Assembly: GCF_006345805.1 (NCBI RefSeq)
Contig: NC_043003.1
Span: 27,652,001 to 27,716,000, forward strand
Direction: 5' to 3'
Source of the DNA: Octopus sinensis
Taxonomy: Eukaryota
DNA: 64,000 nt
In this document: positions 12,335-26,327 of the stretch, one piece after another
How positions within the stretch are numbered: the first letter of the stretch is position 1
Layout: every line of letters begins with the position of its first letter
The notes under the pieces: generated by a model
Seen by the model: only the letters and a program-made list of their open reading frames with translations
Told to the model about the DNA's origin: nothing
Databases searched by the model: none
Program-made: the position numbers and the translations under genes

Positions 12335-12740
12335 ACTTTTTTACTTGTTTCAGTCATTTGACTGTGGCCATGCTGGAGCACTGCCTTTAGTTGAGCAAAT
12401 TTACCCCAGGACTTATTCTTTGTTAGCCTAGTACTTACTCTATCGATCTCTTTTGATCAAACTGCTAAGTTAAGGGGACGTAAAAACACCAGCATCAGTT
12501 GTCAAGTGATGTTGGGGGGGACAAGTACAGACACAAACATACACACACACGCATATATATATATATATATATATACGATGAGCTTCTTTCAGTTTCCATC
12601 TACCAAATCCACTCACAAGGCTTTGGTCGGTCCGAGGCTATAGTAGAAGACACTTGCCCAAGGTGCCACGTAGTGGGACTGAACCCAGAACCATGTGGTT
12701 GGTAAGCAAGCTACTTAACACACAGCCACTCCTACGCCTA
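12335..12740 (-). mobile_element. SINE family A
   Basis: Reverse complement of the full head, body and tail. Confidence 0.8.
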
Positions 12741-14068
12741 TGTATGTATATATATATTGATCACTCTTCATCTTGCCAGCTGAGTAAGATATTCTTTATT
12801 TTGTGTATGCATGCACACACATACACACACTAAAGTGAGCATAACCTGGCACCATAATCCATGCTTTCACAAGTTATTTTTGGTGTTTATGTAGTCACAC
12901 CCATGGTCATCCTTTCAACCCTCCCACCATTAACCCAGTGGAATACAGAGGATGGAACAACTGAGTGGAGAGAGAGAGAGAGAGAACCACATCAGCACAA
13001 AGGCTAGTACTCATTTTCAGCTGAATAGACCGGAGCAAAGTAAAATGAAGTACCTTGCTCAGGGACATACATGCACATATGCATATACAGAGAATGTGCA
13101 CTTGTAACAAATAATAATAATAATAGCAACCCTGATTACCAAAGGAATCTGGAAGTCATCATCAATAGTTCAAACATAGCTGTCATGTCATATAATTAAT
13201 AAAACACCAACCCACAAGCGACTGTCTGTTACAAAATGTCATACACACTAATAACAACCATTTCCTCCTGAAGATAATACCATGAAGATTTAGAAGCATT
13301 GATGAATATGGGAACTTAAACCGTTCTCCTCAAAGCATATCTGGTAGCCTTCAGATGTCAATTGCAATGGTAGATATAGCAATGAAATCCCCCCTCAAAT
13401 CACACCCTAAAGTCTTAGTAAAAAAAAAAAAAACCCAAAAGTATGCATTGGATAATACAGTGCTCATAATGATAGCATGGTCATGAGTGGAATGGCTTTG
13501 ATCATAGGTTTGCTTGACTAAAGCAGATCTGAGGCTAATCAAGAATAGTAATTTATTATCATTTTGAAATAATAATAACATTTGTAAAGTTTCAAAGTCT
13601 GACATCTATGACCTTGCCACTGATATTACACATGCTTTTGCATGTGACTGTGCATATGTATGTGAGTGTGTATTTGTGTGTGTGGGTGTGTGTGTGTGTG
13701 TGTGTGTGTGTATAGATGCAGGCATAGCTGTGTGGTAAGAAGCTTGCTTCCCAACCACATGGTTCTGGGTTCAGTCCCACTGTATGGCACCTTGGGCAAG
13801 CGTCTTCTACTATAGCTTTGGGCTGACCAAAGCCTTGTGAGTGGATACGGTAGATGGAAACCGAAAGAAGCCTGTCGTGTCTGTATATATATATGTGTGT
13901 GTGTGTGTGTTTGTACCCCGACTATCACTTGAAAACCGATGCTGGTGTAAGTCCCTGTAATTTAGTGGTTTGGCAAAAGTCACTGATAGAATAAGTACTA
14001 GGCTTACAAAGAATAAGTCCTGGGATTGATTTCTTTAAGGCAGTGCTCCAGCATGGTTGCAAGTAAAA

Positions 14069-14118
<50 letters not shown>

Positions 14119-14456
14119 GGGTATCTAAAAGATACTACCATGCTTGAACTAGCAGTTAAAACCTGACTAAAACCACATCAGGTTTTGATTGCTATTTCAA
14201 GCATGGTGGTATCTCTTAGATACCCTTATTTATAATTTTGATAATTATTATAACCTACAAGGTTTTTTCCTTTCCATGCTGCCACTAGATTTGATCACAA
14301 TTCAAAATAACGATCTTATCCTTATTCATATATGTTTCTGCCAACTCATATACTGAGTTGGCAGAAACATTAGCATGCTAGGCGAAATTCTTAGTGGTAT
14401 TTTGTATGTCTTTTCGTTCTGAGTTCGAATTCCACTGAAGTCGACTACCTTTTCTA

Positions 14457-14846
14457 GGCGCAGGAGTGGCTGTGTGGTAAGTAGCTTGCTAACCAACCAC
14501 ATTGTTCCGGTTTCAGTCCCACTGCGTGGCACCTTGGGCAAGTGTCTTCTTACTATAGCCTCGGGCCAACCAAAGCCTTGTGAGTGGATTTGGTAGATGG
14601 AAACTGAAAGAAGCCCATCGTATATATGTATATGTATATATATATGTGTGTGTGTGTTTGTCCCCCCAACATCGCTTGACAACCGATGCTGGTGTGTTTA
14701 GGTCTCATTAACTTAGCGGTTCGGCAAAAGAGCAACCGATAGAATAAGTACTAGGCTTACAAAGAATAAGTTCTGGGGTCGATTTGCTCGACTAAAGGCG
14801 GTGCTCCAGCATGGCCACAGTCAGATGACTGAAACAAGTAAAAGAG
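14457..14846 (+). mobile_element. SINE family A, near full length
   Basis: GGCGCAGGAGTGGCTGTGTGGTAAG...GGCGGTGCTCCAGCATGGCCACAGTCAGATGACTGAAACAAGTAAAAGAG. Confidence 0.85.
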
Positions 14847-15344
14847 TATATGTTATTTACCTTTTGGTTCAGTCATTGGGCTATCGTCATGTTAGGGCAA
14901 TGCCTTGATAAATTTACTTGAACAAATTGACCCTAGTATTTATTTTCTAAGTCTGGTAATTATTCTATCAATCCTTTTTGCTGAACAGTTAAGTTACAGA
15001 GAAGTATACAATCTAACACTGGTTAAGTGGTGGTGGTGACAAACACAAAGACACACACACACACGTGCATATGTGTGTGTTTGTATTTATATATATCATC
15101 ATCATCATTTAACGTCCGCTTTCCATATATATATATATATATATACATACACTGCTATGTATTATAAAGAACAATCAGTACATATAAAGTGGCTGGCATT
15201 AGGAAGGGCATCCAGATATAAGCTGTAAAAATGTTGCCAAAACAGACAATTAGAGCCTTGGTATAGCCCTCCAGCTTGCCAACTCTTCTCAAACTGACCA
15301 ACCGATACCAGCATGGAAAACAAATGTTAAATAATGATATATGT

Positions 15345-15700
15345 AAACAGTCCCACTGCGTGGCATCTTGGGCAAGTGTCTTCTGCTATAGCCCCAGGCC
15401 AACCAATGCCTTGTGAGTGGATTTGGTAGACAGAAACTGAGAGAAGCCTGTCGTATATGTATATATATATGTATATGTGTGTGTGTGTTTGTGTGTCTGT
15501 GTTTGCCCCCCTAGCATTCCTTGACAACCGATGCTGGTGTGTTTACGTCCCCGTCACTTAGCGGTTCGGCAAAAGAGACCAATAGAATAAGTACTGGGCT
15601 TACAAAGAATAAATCCCGGGGTCGATTTGCTCAACTAAAGGCGGTGCTCCAGCATGGCCGCAGTCAAATGACTGAAACAAGTAAAAAGAGTAAAAAGAGT
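15345..15700 (+). mobile_element. SINE family A, 5'-truncated
   Basis: Matches the 14457 copy from CAGTCCCACTGCGTGGCA to the tail. Confidence 0.8.
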
Positions 15701-15948
15701 AAAAGAATGGGCTTCCACTTAGTTTCCATCAGTGGGCCTGATCCAAAAACCAAATGCTTGCAAAGTGAATTTCTAATCATACAATGATGCCTGTGACTAT
15801 ATATATATATAGAAAGAGGACAACAAACACCAAGGCATAACAAGCATCTCAAGTCATATACATTATTACTCTTAAATTAGTTGAGGTCTTACAGCTGTTT
15901 CTGGGATAGTATTATAGCAAGGTATGATTAGTATTTTCACAGTATATA

Positions 15949-16180
15949 TTTCTTTATTGCCCACAAGGGGCTAAACATAGAGGGGACACACAAGGACAGA
16001 CACATGGATTAAGTCGATTACACCGACCCCAGCGCGTAACTGGTACTTAATTTATCGACCCCGAAAGGATGAAAGGCAAAGTTGACCTTGGCGGAATTTG
16101 AACTCAAAACGTAACGGCAGACAAAATACGGCTATGCATTTCGCCCGGCGTGCTAACGATTCTGCCAGCTCGCCACCTTT
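15949..16180 (-). mobile_element. SINE family B (Nin/Deu-like), full length
   Basis: Reverse complement of the 5165 copy, including the TTTCTTTATTGCCCACAAGGGGC tail. Confidence 0.8.
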
Positions 16181-18324
16181 GCTAACGACTCTGCCAGCTC
16201 GACTCTGCCAGCTCGCCACAGTATAAATATCCAGGCAATATTTTGGCAGAAATGGGAGTGATGTGTTCATATTGAGGTGCCTGGTTTCTGAGAGAATGAT
16301 ACTAGAAGTGGCTACTGAGCTGGGCATTAGCAAGGATTGGTCATCTGAATGGTTAGAAGAATAAAATAAGGAAATATAAAAATACAGAGTAAAAAAAAAG
16401 AAAATAAGCATAAAAATAAAAAAGATGAAAAATATAGAAAATTATATAAAGTAGAAATAAGAGTAAATAAGAATAAGTAAAATAAGCCTACAGATAAAAG
16501 AAGAGAGGAGGAAGATAAAGGAAGATAAAGTAAAAATAAAATGAGAATGGAGTAAGTGGAGCAAGAACACACAGGGAACAAAGAGAATAGGAAAAGAGAT
16601 GAAGTTTAGGGTTGGGGCAAGAGGTCAAGCTTGAAATATTTGTGTCTGTTGAACAGATGAACTTCTGGATGGCTATTCCTACCTATGGATATATTAAATG
16701 GTGGTGATGGTATATAAAATCCATTGTAACCATCTGTTTCATGCCAATATTGGCTTAAAAGCCACTTCAGGTGCCACAAAGTATATGGTTGCTAATCTGG
16801 TCATCCTCAGAGACATAAAGGATGAATATCATATATATGTACACATATACGATGTGATATCCTATAACTGTCATTTTTTTGTTGTAGTAGCAAGAATTTT
16901 CAACAAGTGTTTTCTGTTACAATCATTTAAGGGGGGGAAAAATGATAAAAAATAACAACAAAAAAGAAAAACAAAGTAAACAGTTAAGATATAAAAAAAA
17001 GTTTTAGAAAAATGCTATATAAAATATATCAAGAAATATAAGGAATTCAAAGAACATAAATAATATTACAGGTAAATAGACAAAACAAAAGATATATCAC
17101 CTTGAAGAATGTTATAGAATTATTTGTCTTTCTGCAAGTAAATTTGCATGTGAAGTAAACTTGGTAAATTTTCATGTTTTAATTAATTTAAATAAAATTA
17201 TAAAGTCATTGAAACAGAAAAAAAGCTGTATTATTTTTTTTTAGAATTTAAGGTTTAAAAAAATGAATATATAATAACTAAAGGAAAATTTGAACCAAGT
17301 TTAAAAGTTAAAAGCTTTTAAATTAATCTTTTGTTGTTGTTGTTGGAGGGGGTGGTTGTGTAGTTTTGTTTTCTAACCAAATGAAATAAAATTTTGTTTT
17401 TAAATGCTTAAATGTTACCTAATCTCCTTTGATTTTGTAAGTAATCCATGAAATAGAGAATATTATATGTGTGTGCATATATATATATTTATATATACAC
17501 ACACATATAAGGTGTTGAATCAGGAAAATAATGTTACTACAAAATATACATTGGTCATGTTGCAAGACATAAGACAGAAATAATGATAAGCAAAAGATAT
17601 AAATTAATACTGAAGAAAATCCTAGATTGAATTTCATTGGTTAATATAGAAATCCCACCCCCAACAAAAAGTAAAAAAAAAAAGAGGGAAAGAAAGAGAG
17701 AGGCAGAGATCAAAGTCTCTCTCCTACCAACCCCACCAAAGAGTGACAAATCTAGGCATAATTATCATCATATATCTTTGATAAACTTGAAAGGTGATTA
17801 ACCACATGTGGTTAAAAAAAAAAAATCTCAATGAATTTGGTCTCTACTACTGTTATTGCTGTTGTTGTTGTTACTTAATCTCAGATGAGCAATGATCTTG
17901 GACAAAAAAAAAACCTAGAAAAAACCCCATTAAACTCCATTTAATGGTGAAAGTCCTTCTTGGGCATTCAGGAGTTTTGGAGAGTACAGAATCACTCCTA
18001 AGCACTAATCCCAGGTTCACTCTGGTCCAACATAGTAGCACCTATCAAGGACACTAGTTATGAGTCAAACAGCAAAATATAATACTTTGGCTAGAGTATA
18101 CAGCAACCAGAGGAGGGCTGGCTCCTTAGGCATGTGTTATACCTGGGACATACGGTAGTGTGAATAAAACTGGGTAGATGGAAAATGTGCAGCAGCTTGT
18201 TAAATGAGTTGTATGTGTAATTATAAAGTTGCAGCTTTGTCATACACTATGTCATGCAATAAATTGGTTATACTTCAACAATGCACAAAATATTTTAATG
18301 TTTTTTATACAATTTTCCTGATAA

Positions 18325-18722
18325 GTGACTTGCTTACGAACCACATGGTTCCGAGTTCAGTCCCACTGCATTGCACCTTGGGCAAGTGTCTTCTACTATA
18401 GCCTTGGGCCGACCAAAGCCTTGTGAGTGGATTTGGTAGACGGAAATTGAAAGAAGCCCGTCATATATATGTATATATATGTATATATATATATATATAT
18501 GTATGTGTATATGTTTGTGTGTCTGTGTTTGTCCCCACCAACATCGCTTGACAACAGATGCTGGTGTGTTTACGTCCCCGTAACTTAGCGGTTCAGCAAA
18601 AGGGACTGATAAAATAAGTACTAGGCTTACAAAGAATAAGTCCTGGTGTCGATTTTCTCGACTCAAGGCGGTGCTCCAGCATGGCCACAGTCAAATGACT
18701 GAAACAAGTAAAAGAGTAAAGA
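18325..18722 (+). mobile_element. SINE family A next to a hAT-like MITE remnant (right TIR GGTTGAGAACCATTG near 18815-18830)
   Basis: Family A body and tail; adjacent sequence ends in a reverse-complemented CAGTGGTTCTCAAC-type TIR also seen at about 24545 and 59009. Confidence 0.7.
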
Positions 18723-19139
18723 ATTAAATACAGTGGGATTTTTTGTATATATTGAATGGCTATGGAGACCCAGTAGAAAAAAATAGGAATCAAAGGGGCC
18801 CATAGCCAAAAAATGGTTGAGAACCATTGCTTTACATGTTTGGACACTATCTAGATATATACAAAGACATTTTACATCATAACAGATGACATTAACTTAT
18901 AAACTTTCACCAAGCTAATTTCTCTGACAATTAGAAGAGTCAGTGTGAGAAAAGTTTATATATTGCTGTCATGCTTTTATAATCTAAAATGACTTCACTT
19001 GACTCAACACATACTGAGATAATATGTAATCATTTTTAGATAACGTTTGATCAGTGTAACATATGCCAATGTATAAACAGGTATATCATTTCTGTACTTA
19101 CATATATATTTAAACACACAAACACACACACACACACAC

Positions 19140-19582
19140 ACAGGTGCAGGAGTGCTTGCGTGATTAAGTAGTTTGCTTCTCAACTACTTGGTCTTAAGTT
19201 CAGTCCAACTGTGGGGCACCTTGGACAGGTATGTTCTACTACAGCTCTGGGCTGACCAAAGCCTTGTCAGTGTATTTAGTAGAAGGAAACAGATAGATGC
19301 CCAACATATATGTATGCATGTGTTTATGAGAGGGAGAGAGGAAGGGGGAGAGAGAGTGAGAGTGAAAGAGAGAGTGACTTGATTTTGCATAAAATGAGTG
19401 CCACTGTCTTGCAAGCAATATCTTTTGTTTATGATCTTCCATGAAAACATGTTTGGTCACGGGGGGGGGGGATATTATCTTACTTGTAAACAGGTAAGGG
19501 TTGGCAACAGGAAGATCATCCACCCATAGAAATCCATCTAGTCCATGCAAGCTTGGAAAAGTGGGTGTTAAAATGATGATGA
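19140..19582 (+). mobile_element. SINE family F: family-A head with a different (GAT)n-ending tail
   Basis: GGTGCAGGAGTGC head and CCTTGGACAGG body, then GTTGGCAACAGGAAGATCATCC...CCATGCAAGCTTGGAAAAGTGGGTGTTAAAATGATGATG. Confidence 0.65.
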
Positions 19583-19603
19583 CGTGTGTATGTATACGTA
19601 TAT

Positions 19604-19990
19604 GTATATGTAAATCAAAATCAAAATCTAAATCGATCAATTTCAATGGAAATTGTAGCTGTGATACCAGTGCCAGTGGCACGTAAAAAGCAGCATCCGA
19701 TCGTGGCCGTTGCCAGCCTCGCCTGGCCTCCGTGCCAGTGGCACATAAAAAGCACCATCCGATTTTGGCCATTTTCCAGCCTCGTCTGGCACCTGTGCCG
19801 GTGGCATGTAAGAAGCACCCACTACACTCACGGAGTGGTTGGTGTTAGGAAGGGCATCCAGCCGTAGAAAATTGCCAGATCAGACTGGGCCAGGTGCAGC
19901 CTTCTGGCTTCCCAGATCCCAGATGAACCGTCCAACCCATGCCAGCATGGAAAGCGGACGCTAAACGATGATGATGATGATGATGATGAT
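19604..19990 (+). mobile_element. Family C retroposon, long copy with internal GTGCC(A/G)GTGGCA(C/T)(G/A)TAA repeats
   Basis: Three internal units, core GTTGGTGTTAGGAAGGGCATCC, (GAT)n tail. Confidence 0.8.
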
Positions 19991-20258
19991 ATGTATGTGT
20001 GTGTTTGTGTTTCCTTGTCCTGATAAAAATGTGATGATTGTAAGCATATGTCACTATCATACAAGTAGTGTCATTTGTTTCCAGCCTTCCATTAAAAGAA
20101 AACATGTGTAGCCACTGGAGAATATTCTTTTCTACTCTAGGCACAAGGCCTGAAATTTCTGGGGAGTGGAGGGTTAGGCAATTAAATCGACCCCAGAATG
20201 CAACAAGTACTTAATTTATTGACCCTGAAAGGATGAAAGACAAAGTCGACCTTGGCAG

Positions 20259-20301
<43 letters not shown>

Positions 20302-20667
20302 AACTGCATCTCTGTCGGTTTCATTGATGAGGATTTAGTTGCTCAGTCAACTAGATTACCTGCTCATTGAATTAGAATGTAATTGGCTGAGTACTCCAAA
20401 GACATATGTATTCTTAACATAATCCTTAGGTAGAACCAGACAAAATACCGCTAAGCATTTCACCTGGTGTGCTAATGTTTCTGCCAGCTCACCACCTTCA
20501 GCCACTGGAGAATATTAATTTACTACAAAACAGGTGAGGGCTGGTGATAAGGAAGGAATGTGCTTCAATGTATTCTAATGATGTACAAAAGCATGGGAAA
20601 ATGAACATTAAAAGAATGATGACGATGATATATATATATATATATTTATTTTATCGCAATTTGATTT

Positions 20668-20707
<40 letters not shown>

Positions 20708-20884
20708 CTTTTATCGTTAACTTGTTTCAGTTATGATATTGTGGCCATGCTGGGGCACTGCCTCAAAGAATTTTAATCAAATGAATTTACCCTAGTACTT
20801 ATCTCTTATGCTGAGCTGCTAAGTTATGGGAACTTAAAGACACCAACACTGGTTGTCAACCAGAGGTGAGGTACTAAAAGAAAG

Positions 20885-20915
<31 letters not shown>

Positions 20916-21619
20916 AAATAATAAGACAAAGAAATTCTTTAACACATTTTGAATGATTCATTACAATTGTTTAACAGCAAATATTACATAAATTTTCACT
21001 TCAAATATTGTGTAAATTGGCATAGCAAGCAGAGTTTGTACAGAAACAATTGTAACAAGACATTATCAAAAAAAAAAAAAATTTGTCTTATTGCTATTTG
21101 GATTATAGTTTACTGTTTACCACACCCACACAATGGTTTTTCCATCATGAAATCAAGATTTTCTACACTTGAAGATTTTCAGTATTAGTCTGGAATCTGA
21201 CAGTGTTGATGGCCAAGAACTCCGGGTGTATGCTTCTCAGGAAATACCCTACCTTTAAATCCTAGTAGGACCTATGATATATATATATATATATATATAT
21301 AAATCTAATATTCTCCTATCCTTCTTTTATACCAGTTCCCATATGCTGTTCATATCTGCACTCGGGTCTGCTTAGGAGGTTGTTGTGTCCTAGCATATGT
21401 GCTGCTGATTTTAGTTTATGTATTTTCCAGTGGTGTCTCTGTCTATTATTTTAACTTCATCCCACAGAGGGAGGTAGTCTCCAATTTTCCATACATGATC
21501 AGCTATACCCGATTTATCAATATATACCCGTGTCACAGCTTTGCAATGTTCCTCTACCCTTATCACAAACAAAATGAGGACAAATATCCGTCAAATGTAA
21601 ATGATATATATATATATTT

Positions 21620-22110
21620 TATCTATTTTCAGCTCACGAGCTGTGGCCATACTGGGGCACCGCCATTTGGTGCTGCTACATAATTTTACTTCATGAATGT
21701 TCTTTAGGAATTGACATTTGGTGCATGAGAGAGTTTGATGCCACTGCCCTCATCTGCACCTCCTGTCACAAAGTTGGCTCATCTGGGACACTTGACAGTA
21801 AGAGGTCCTGCTTTAATTTGAAGACACCTACATCCACCTAATGCAGGTTTCTCAGGTCCTTCGGGAGGATATTGAAGAGTTGTGGTCCTGAAGCCCAGGA
21901 TATTCCAGTATCTTGTCCTATATTTTAATGGCAAATTTGGAGTCCTTGGCACTATGCAGTGGCGCCCAGTTCTAGTATTTGTGTAACTCTCGATGCCAGA
22001 GTTTAGGACAAGTCCTTCACGTCCGAGATGAAACCATCTAATGGCAAGAGGAGCAAATAAGTGTAGCTACATCAAACTCCATTCTTCACCAAGTGCCTAT
22101 TAGAAGAGGC
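21620..22110 (-). mobile_element. CR1-clade LINE 3' remnant
   Basis: Minus translation TNTRTGRHCIVPRTPNL...GPQLFNILPKDLRNLH*VDVGVFKLKQDLLLSSVPDEP...RAVASNSL, then 3' UTR GGCGGTGCCCCAGTATGGCCACAGCTCGTGAGCTGAAA. Confidence 0.8.
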
Positions 22111-22249
22111 TTTCAATAAAGACAGTGTAGGAAAATGATGGTGCTCCAGCATGGCCACAGCTCTAAGCTGAAACTACGGAAAATATATTATATGCATGCT
22201 AGCATGGAGCCAGATCACCCTTAAATCAAACCCTACTCTATCCAAACAA

Positions 22250-22296
22250 TGATGATGATGATGATGATATACACACACATATACATATATATACAC

Positions 22297-22377
<81 letters not shown>

Positions 22378-22555
22378 CAAACACATATATACACATACAC
22401 ACACATATATATACATATACATACACACACATATATATATACATATACATACACATATATATATACATATACATATATATACATACACATTTATATATAT
22501 ACATACAACTATATACATATATATGATTATTTTATATATATATATATATATATGA
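22250..22555. repeat. (CAT)n plus long (TA/CA) microsatellite
   Basis: Seen directly; source of several spurious ORFs. Confidence 0.95.
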
Positions 22556-25124
22556 GAGTTTGTGTACATGTTTGTAGAAGAAAGAGAATGTGAGAGAGCC
22601 AGAATGTAACAGTTTAATAGTGTAAAAGACAGTCATGGTAGTGGAGGTGGTGGTGGTGGTGGCAGTAGCAATGGCGGTGTGGAGTGGAAACTTGCCAAAG
22701 CAGTGACACACTTTTCCATGTAAACAAATCTTGAAAACAATGTAACATTTGTGAATTGCTGTTGAAGAGGAGGCAGGAGAGAAGTCTGAAGAGGAAGCAA
22801 GAGAGGAAGGCTAGAGAGAAGGAGGAGGAGGAGGAGGATGTGTGAATTCTGTGATGGTCAAGATGAAATTGTTGGAAAGCATTGAACAGTGTAAGATGGG
22901 AAGAAGGAAAGAGGTAGGTCAAGGATCCCGGAGGAGGAGAGTGAGGAGTGGCAGGTGTAGGAGAGAAGGGCAGGAGGAGAGTGGCACTCAAGGGAGGAAT
23001 AGCATCAACATCAACAGCAACGTCAACAACATCTGCAGTAAGAGATGTGACAGCAGTAACAGAAACTCACAAGAAAAAATGCCAACCATATCAACCTTAA
23101 CACACTTACTCAGCTTGTAAGAAATAGCAGCCAAATTTTTCTTGAGCTGTTCTCTACTGGAAAGACACACTGTATAAGGCAGTCCTATCCTAAATGCGCA
23201 AAAGGATGGGATGGTCATGGTTGGAATGACTTTAATCACAGGTCAAAAATGACAACAATAAAGCACATTCACAGCATCAAGAGCATCTACGTGATTGTTT
23301 GACCTGCTAAAAATAGCAGCCAGATCACTCTTAAATCAAACCCTACTCTATCCAAAAGAAGAAGGATGCATTAGAAAATGTAGTCTTCAATCTGCAAAAA
23401 AAAAAAAGTTGATCAAAACACCTTTGATCATAGTTATGTTTGATTAGAATTACCTAGGGTTAAACAACATCACCATCATCATCATTTTATGCAGCTTGCT
23501 TTACAGCTGGCATGGGTAAACTGATTCAATAGGATTCTATGAATCAGAAGACTAGGCCTTGCTCCACTGTCTTGTTTTTTTGGCATGCTTTCTATGGCTG
23601 GATGCCCTTCCCAACACCATCCACTTTACAGAATGTATTTGGTGCATTTTTTTCATGGCACCAGTACTACAGAGGTTGCCTTGCCATCAATGGGGACTAA
23701 AGAACACTCTCAAACCCCACACAGTTGCTGCTCAAATCAATTACCTATCACTCAGAGTAGTAGTTTTCAACTATTTTCTACATATGGGCCCCTTTGATTT
23801 CTATTTTACCTGGGTAGACCCTCTTAGTTATTCAATGTTTTAAAAAATCTGATAATTATATTTTTATAATTAAATATTATAAGGAAATTTTTCTTTTACT
23901 TACTTCAGCCATTTGACTGTGGCCATGCTGGAGCACCACCTTTAGTTGAACAAATCAACCCAAGGACTTATTCTTTGTGAGGCTAGTTCTTGTTCTATTG
24001 GTCCCTTGTGCTGAACCACTAAGTTACAGGGGCATAAACACACCAACATTGGTTGTCAAGTGATGATGGGAGGACGAACACAGAGACACACAAATACACA
24101 CACACACATATATATGATGGGCTCCTTTCAATTTCCATCTACCAAATCCACACACAAGGCTGTGGTCGGCCAGAGGCTATAGTAGAAGACACTTACCCAA
24201 GTTGCCACATAGTGGGACTGAACCAAGAACCATGTGGTTGGGAAGCAAGCTTCTTATTTCTTTATTGCCCACATAGAGGGGACAAACAAGGGCAGACAAA
24301 GGGATTAAGTTGATTGCATCGACCCCAGTGAATAACTGGTACTTAATTTATCAACTCCAAAAGTATGAAAAGCAAAGTCGACCATAGCTGTATTGTAAGA
24401 AGCAAAATTCTTACCATACAGTCATGCCTGTGCCTATGTTAAAATATTTTGTGTATTGTTGAAGTCTAACAAATTTAGAGCACATAAATTTTAACAACAA
24501 AATCTTATATGGGACCCCAAGGGTCCCTGGTTGAGACCCTGATTGAGAACCATTGACTTAGAATATACCAGATAAATTTTGTGGCACCAGCACAAATTTG
24601 TGGAATTGCCTTGTTGCATGCAAAGCAAAAGGGAGCACCCCTTGATGGAAAAGGAACAGATTTAGTACGAGAGGATGATAACAGAAGAAATAGCAGAGGA
24701 GACAGTGTTGGCATGGGGAGGAAAGAAGAAAGTGGGGAAGGGTAGAGAGTAATGTCCCTTGCAGTGGTAATGTCTCTAAAAGGAAGAGACATTAATCTAA
24801 AGGAGAAATGTTTCTATAGGAGAAAAAGGAGTGTCTCTCTAAAGCGGAAGGAGGGGAGAGAGAGGATGACAACATGGTAATCCTAACGGGGATGGGTGGT
24901 AGTGGATGGATCTAGTGGTGTGTGTGTGTGAAAGAGTGAAAGAGAGAGAAAGTCAGAGTGATAAAAGTGGTAAGGGGGAGAGAATGAGGGGCGTTGAATA
25001 TATATCAATTTACATCATATATGTCTGTATGCATATATATATATATATTATATAGAGGGCATTACTATACATAAATGCCACACGCTAAGAGGGAAAGTCA
25101 AAACTATCAGCTATTTTTAAATTG

Positions 25125-25185
<61 letters not shown>

Positions 25186-26293
25186 TACATACACACAAAT
25201 ATATATGTAAATATATTCAAAAATATATACATATTCCAAAGGTTAAACAGAAAGAACACAATGAAGGGAAAACTTAGATGAAATCTGGGCGGAAACATAA
25301 CAGATGGAAAAAGAAGACAAAAACACGATACAAAGAAGATTCACAGTGGATTTTTCTCATCAGCTAGATTCTGAGATGTCTTAGTGGTTTTGTGCCATTT
25401 AAAACCAAGACCACTGTTATCTCAGAGCCACCTGAACATTAAACTTCAGGATAATGCTGATGAATGTCTATGAGTACAGAACAAAATAACATAGTGTGTA
25501 CTACAAGAAATAATGAGAAAGATGTAACCGATAAGGAATGGTACAATTATAAAGAAAATGCCTTTCGATTATACAATAGCAAAAAGAATAAAAAAAGCAA
25601 TAATTATACATATGCAATACTAACAGAAAGAGCCTTTCGACTAAACAGACAGTAGTAATGTAGCGTAAAGAAGAACTGGAAAAAAACATCTTGACGGACA
25701 GTGGACACACATGTCTAGTTTAGTCAGTGGCAGGCCAAAAACAAATTTATTGTTCTTATACAAAAATGTTATTCACACTGACTTTGACAATGGCTTAGCT
25801 GGCCAAAACTTCAAAGTCACAATCAACAACATTCTTGTGTAATATATATATATATATATATATATAATGTAAATATAAATATACATACTCTTTTACTCTT
25901 TAACTTGTTTCAGTCATTTGACTGTGGCCATGCTGAAGCACTGCCTTTAGTCAAGCAAATTGACCCCAGGACTTCTTTGTAAGCCTAGTACTTATTCTAT
26001 CGGTCTCTTTTGCCGAATCACTAAGTTACGGGGATCTAAACACACCAGCATTGGTTGTCAAGTGATGTTGGGGGGACAAACACAGTCACACAAACATACA
26101 CATATATATACATATATATGAAGGGCTTCTTTCAGTTTCCGTCTACCAAATCCATCCCCGAGGCTATAGTAGAAGACACTTGCCCAAGGTGCCACGCAGT
26201 GGGACTGAACCTGGAACCATGTGATTGGCAAGCAAGCTACTTACCACACAGCCACTCCTACGCCTACATATATGTGTGTGTGTATGTGTGTAT

Positions 26294-26327
<34 letters not shown>

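Noticed and set aside
16052-16411. 119-aa minus ORF with an upstream polypyrimidine tract
   Set aside because: Runs into SINE-B, has no homology, and the phase-0 frame after the AG stops within six codons
25260-25720. Possible decayed Penelope-like remnant with CTGATGAG on the minus strand near 25356-25362
   Set aside because: GAAA and stems are missing and no RT or GIY-YIG motifs are recognisable
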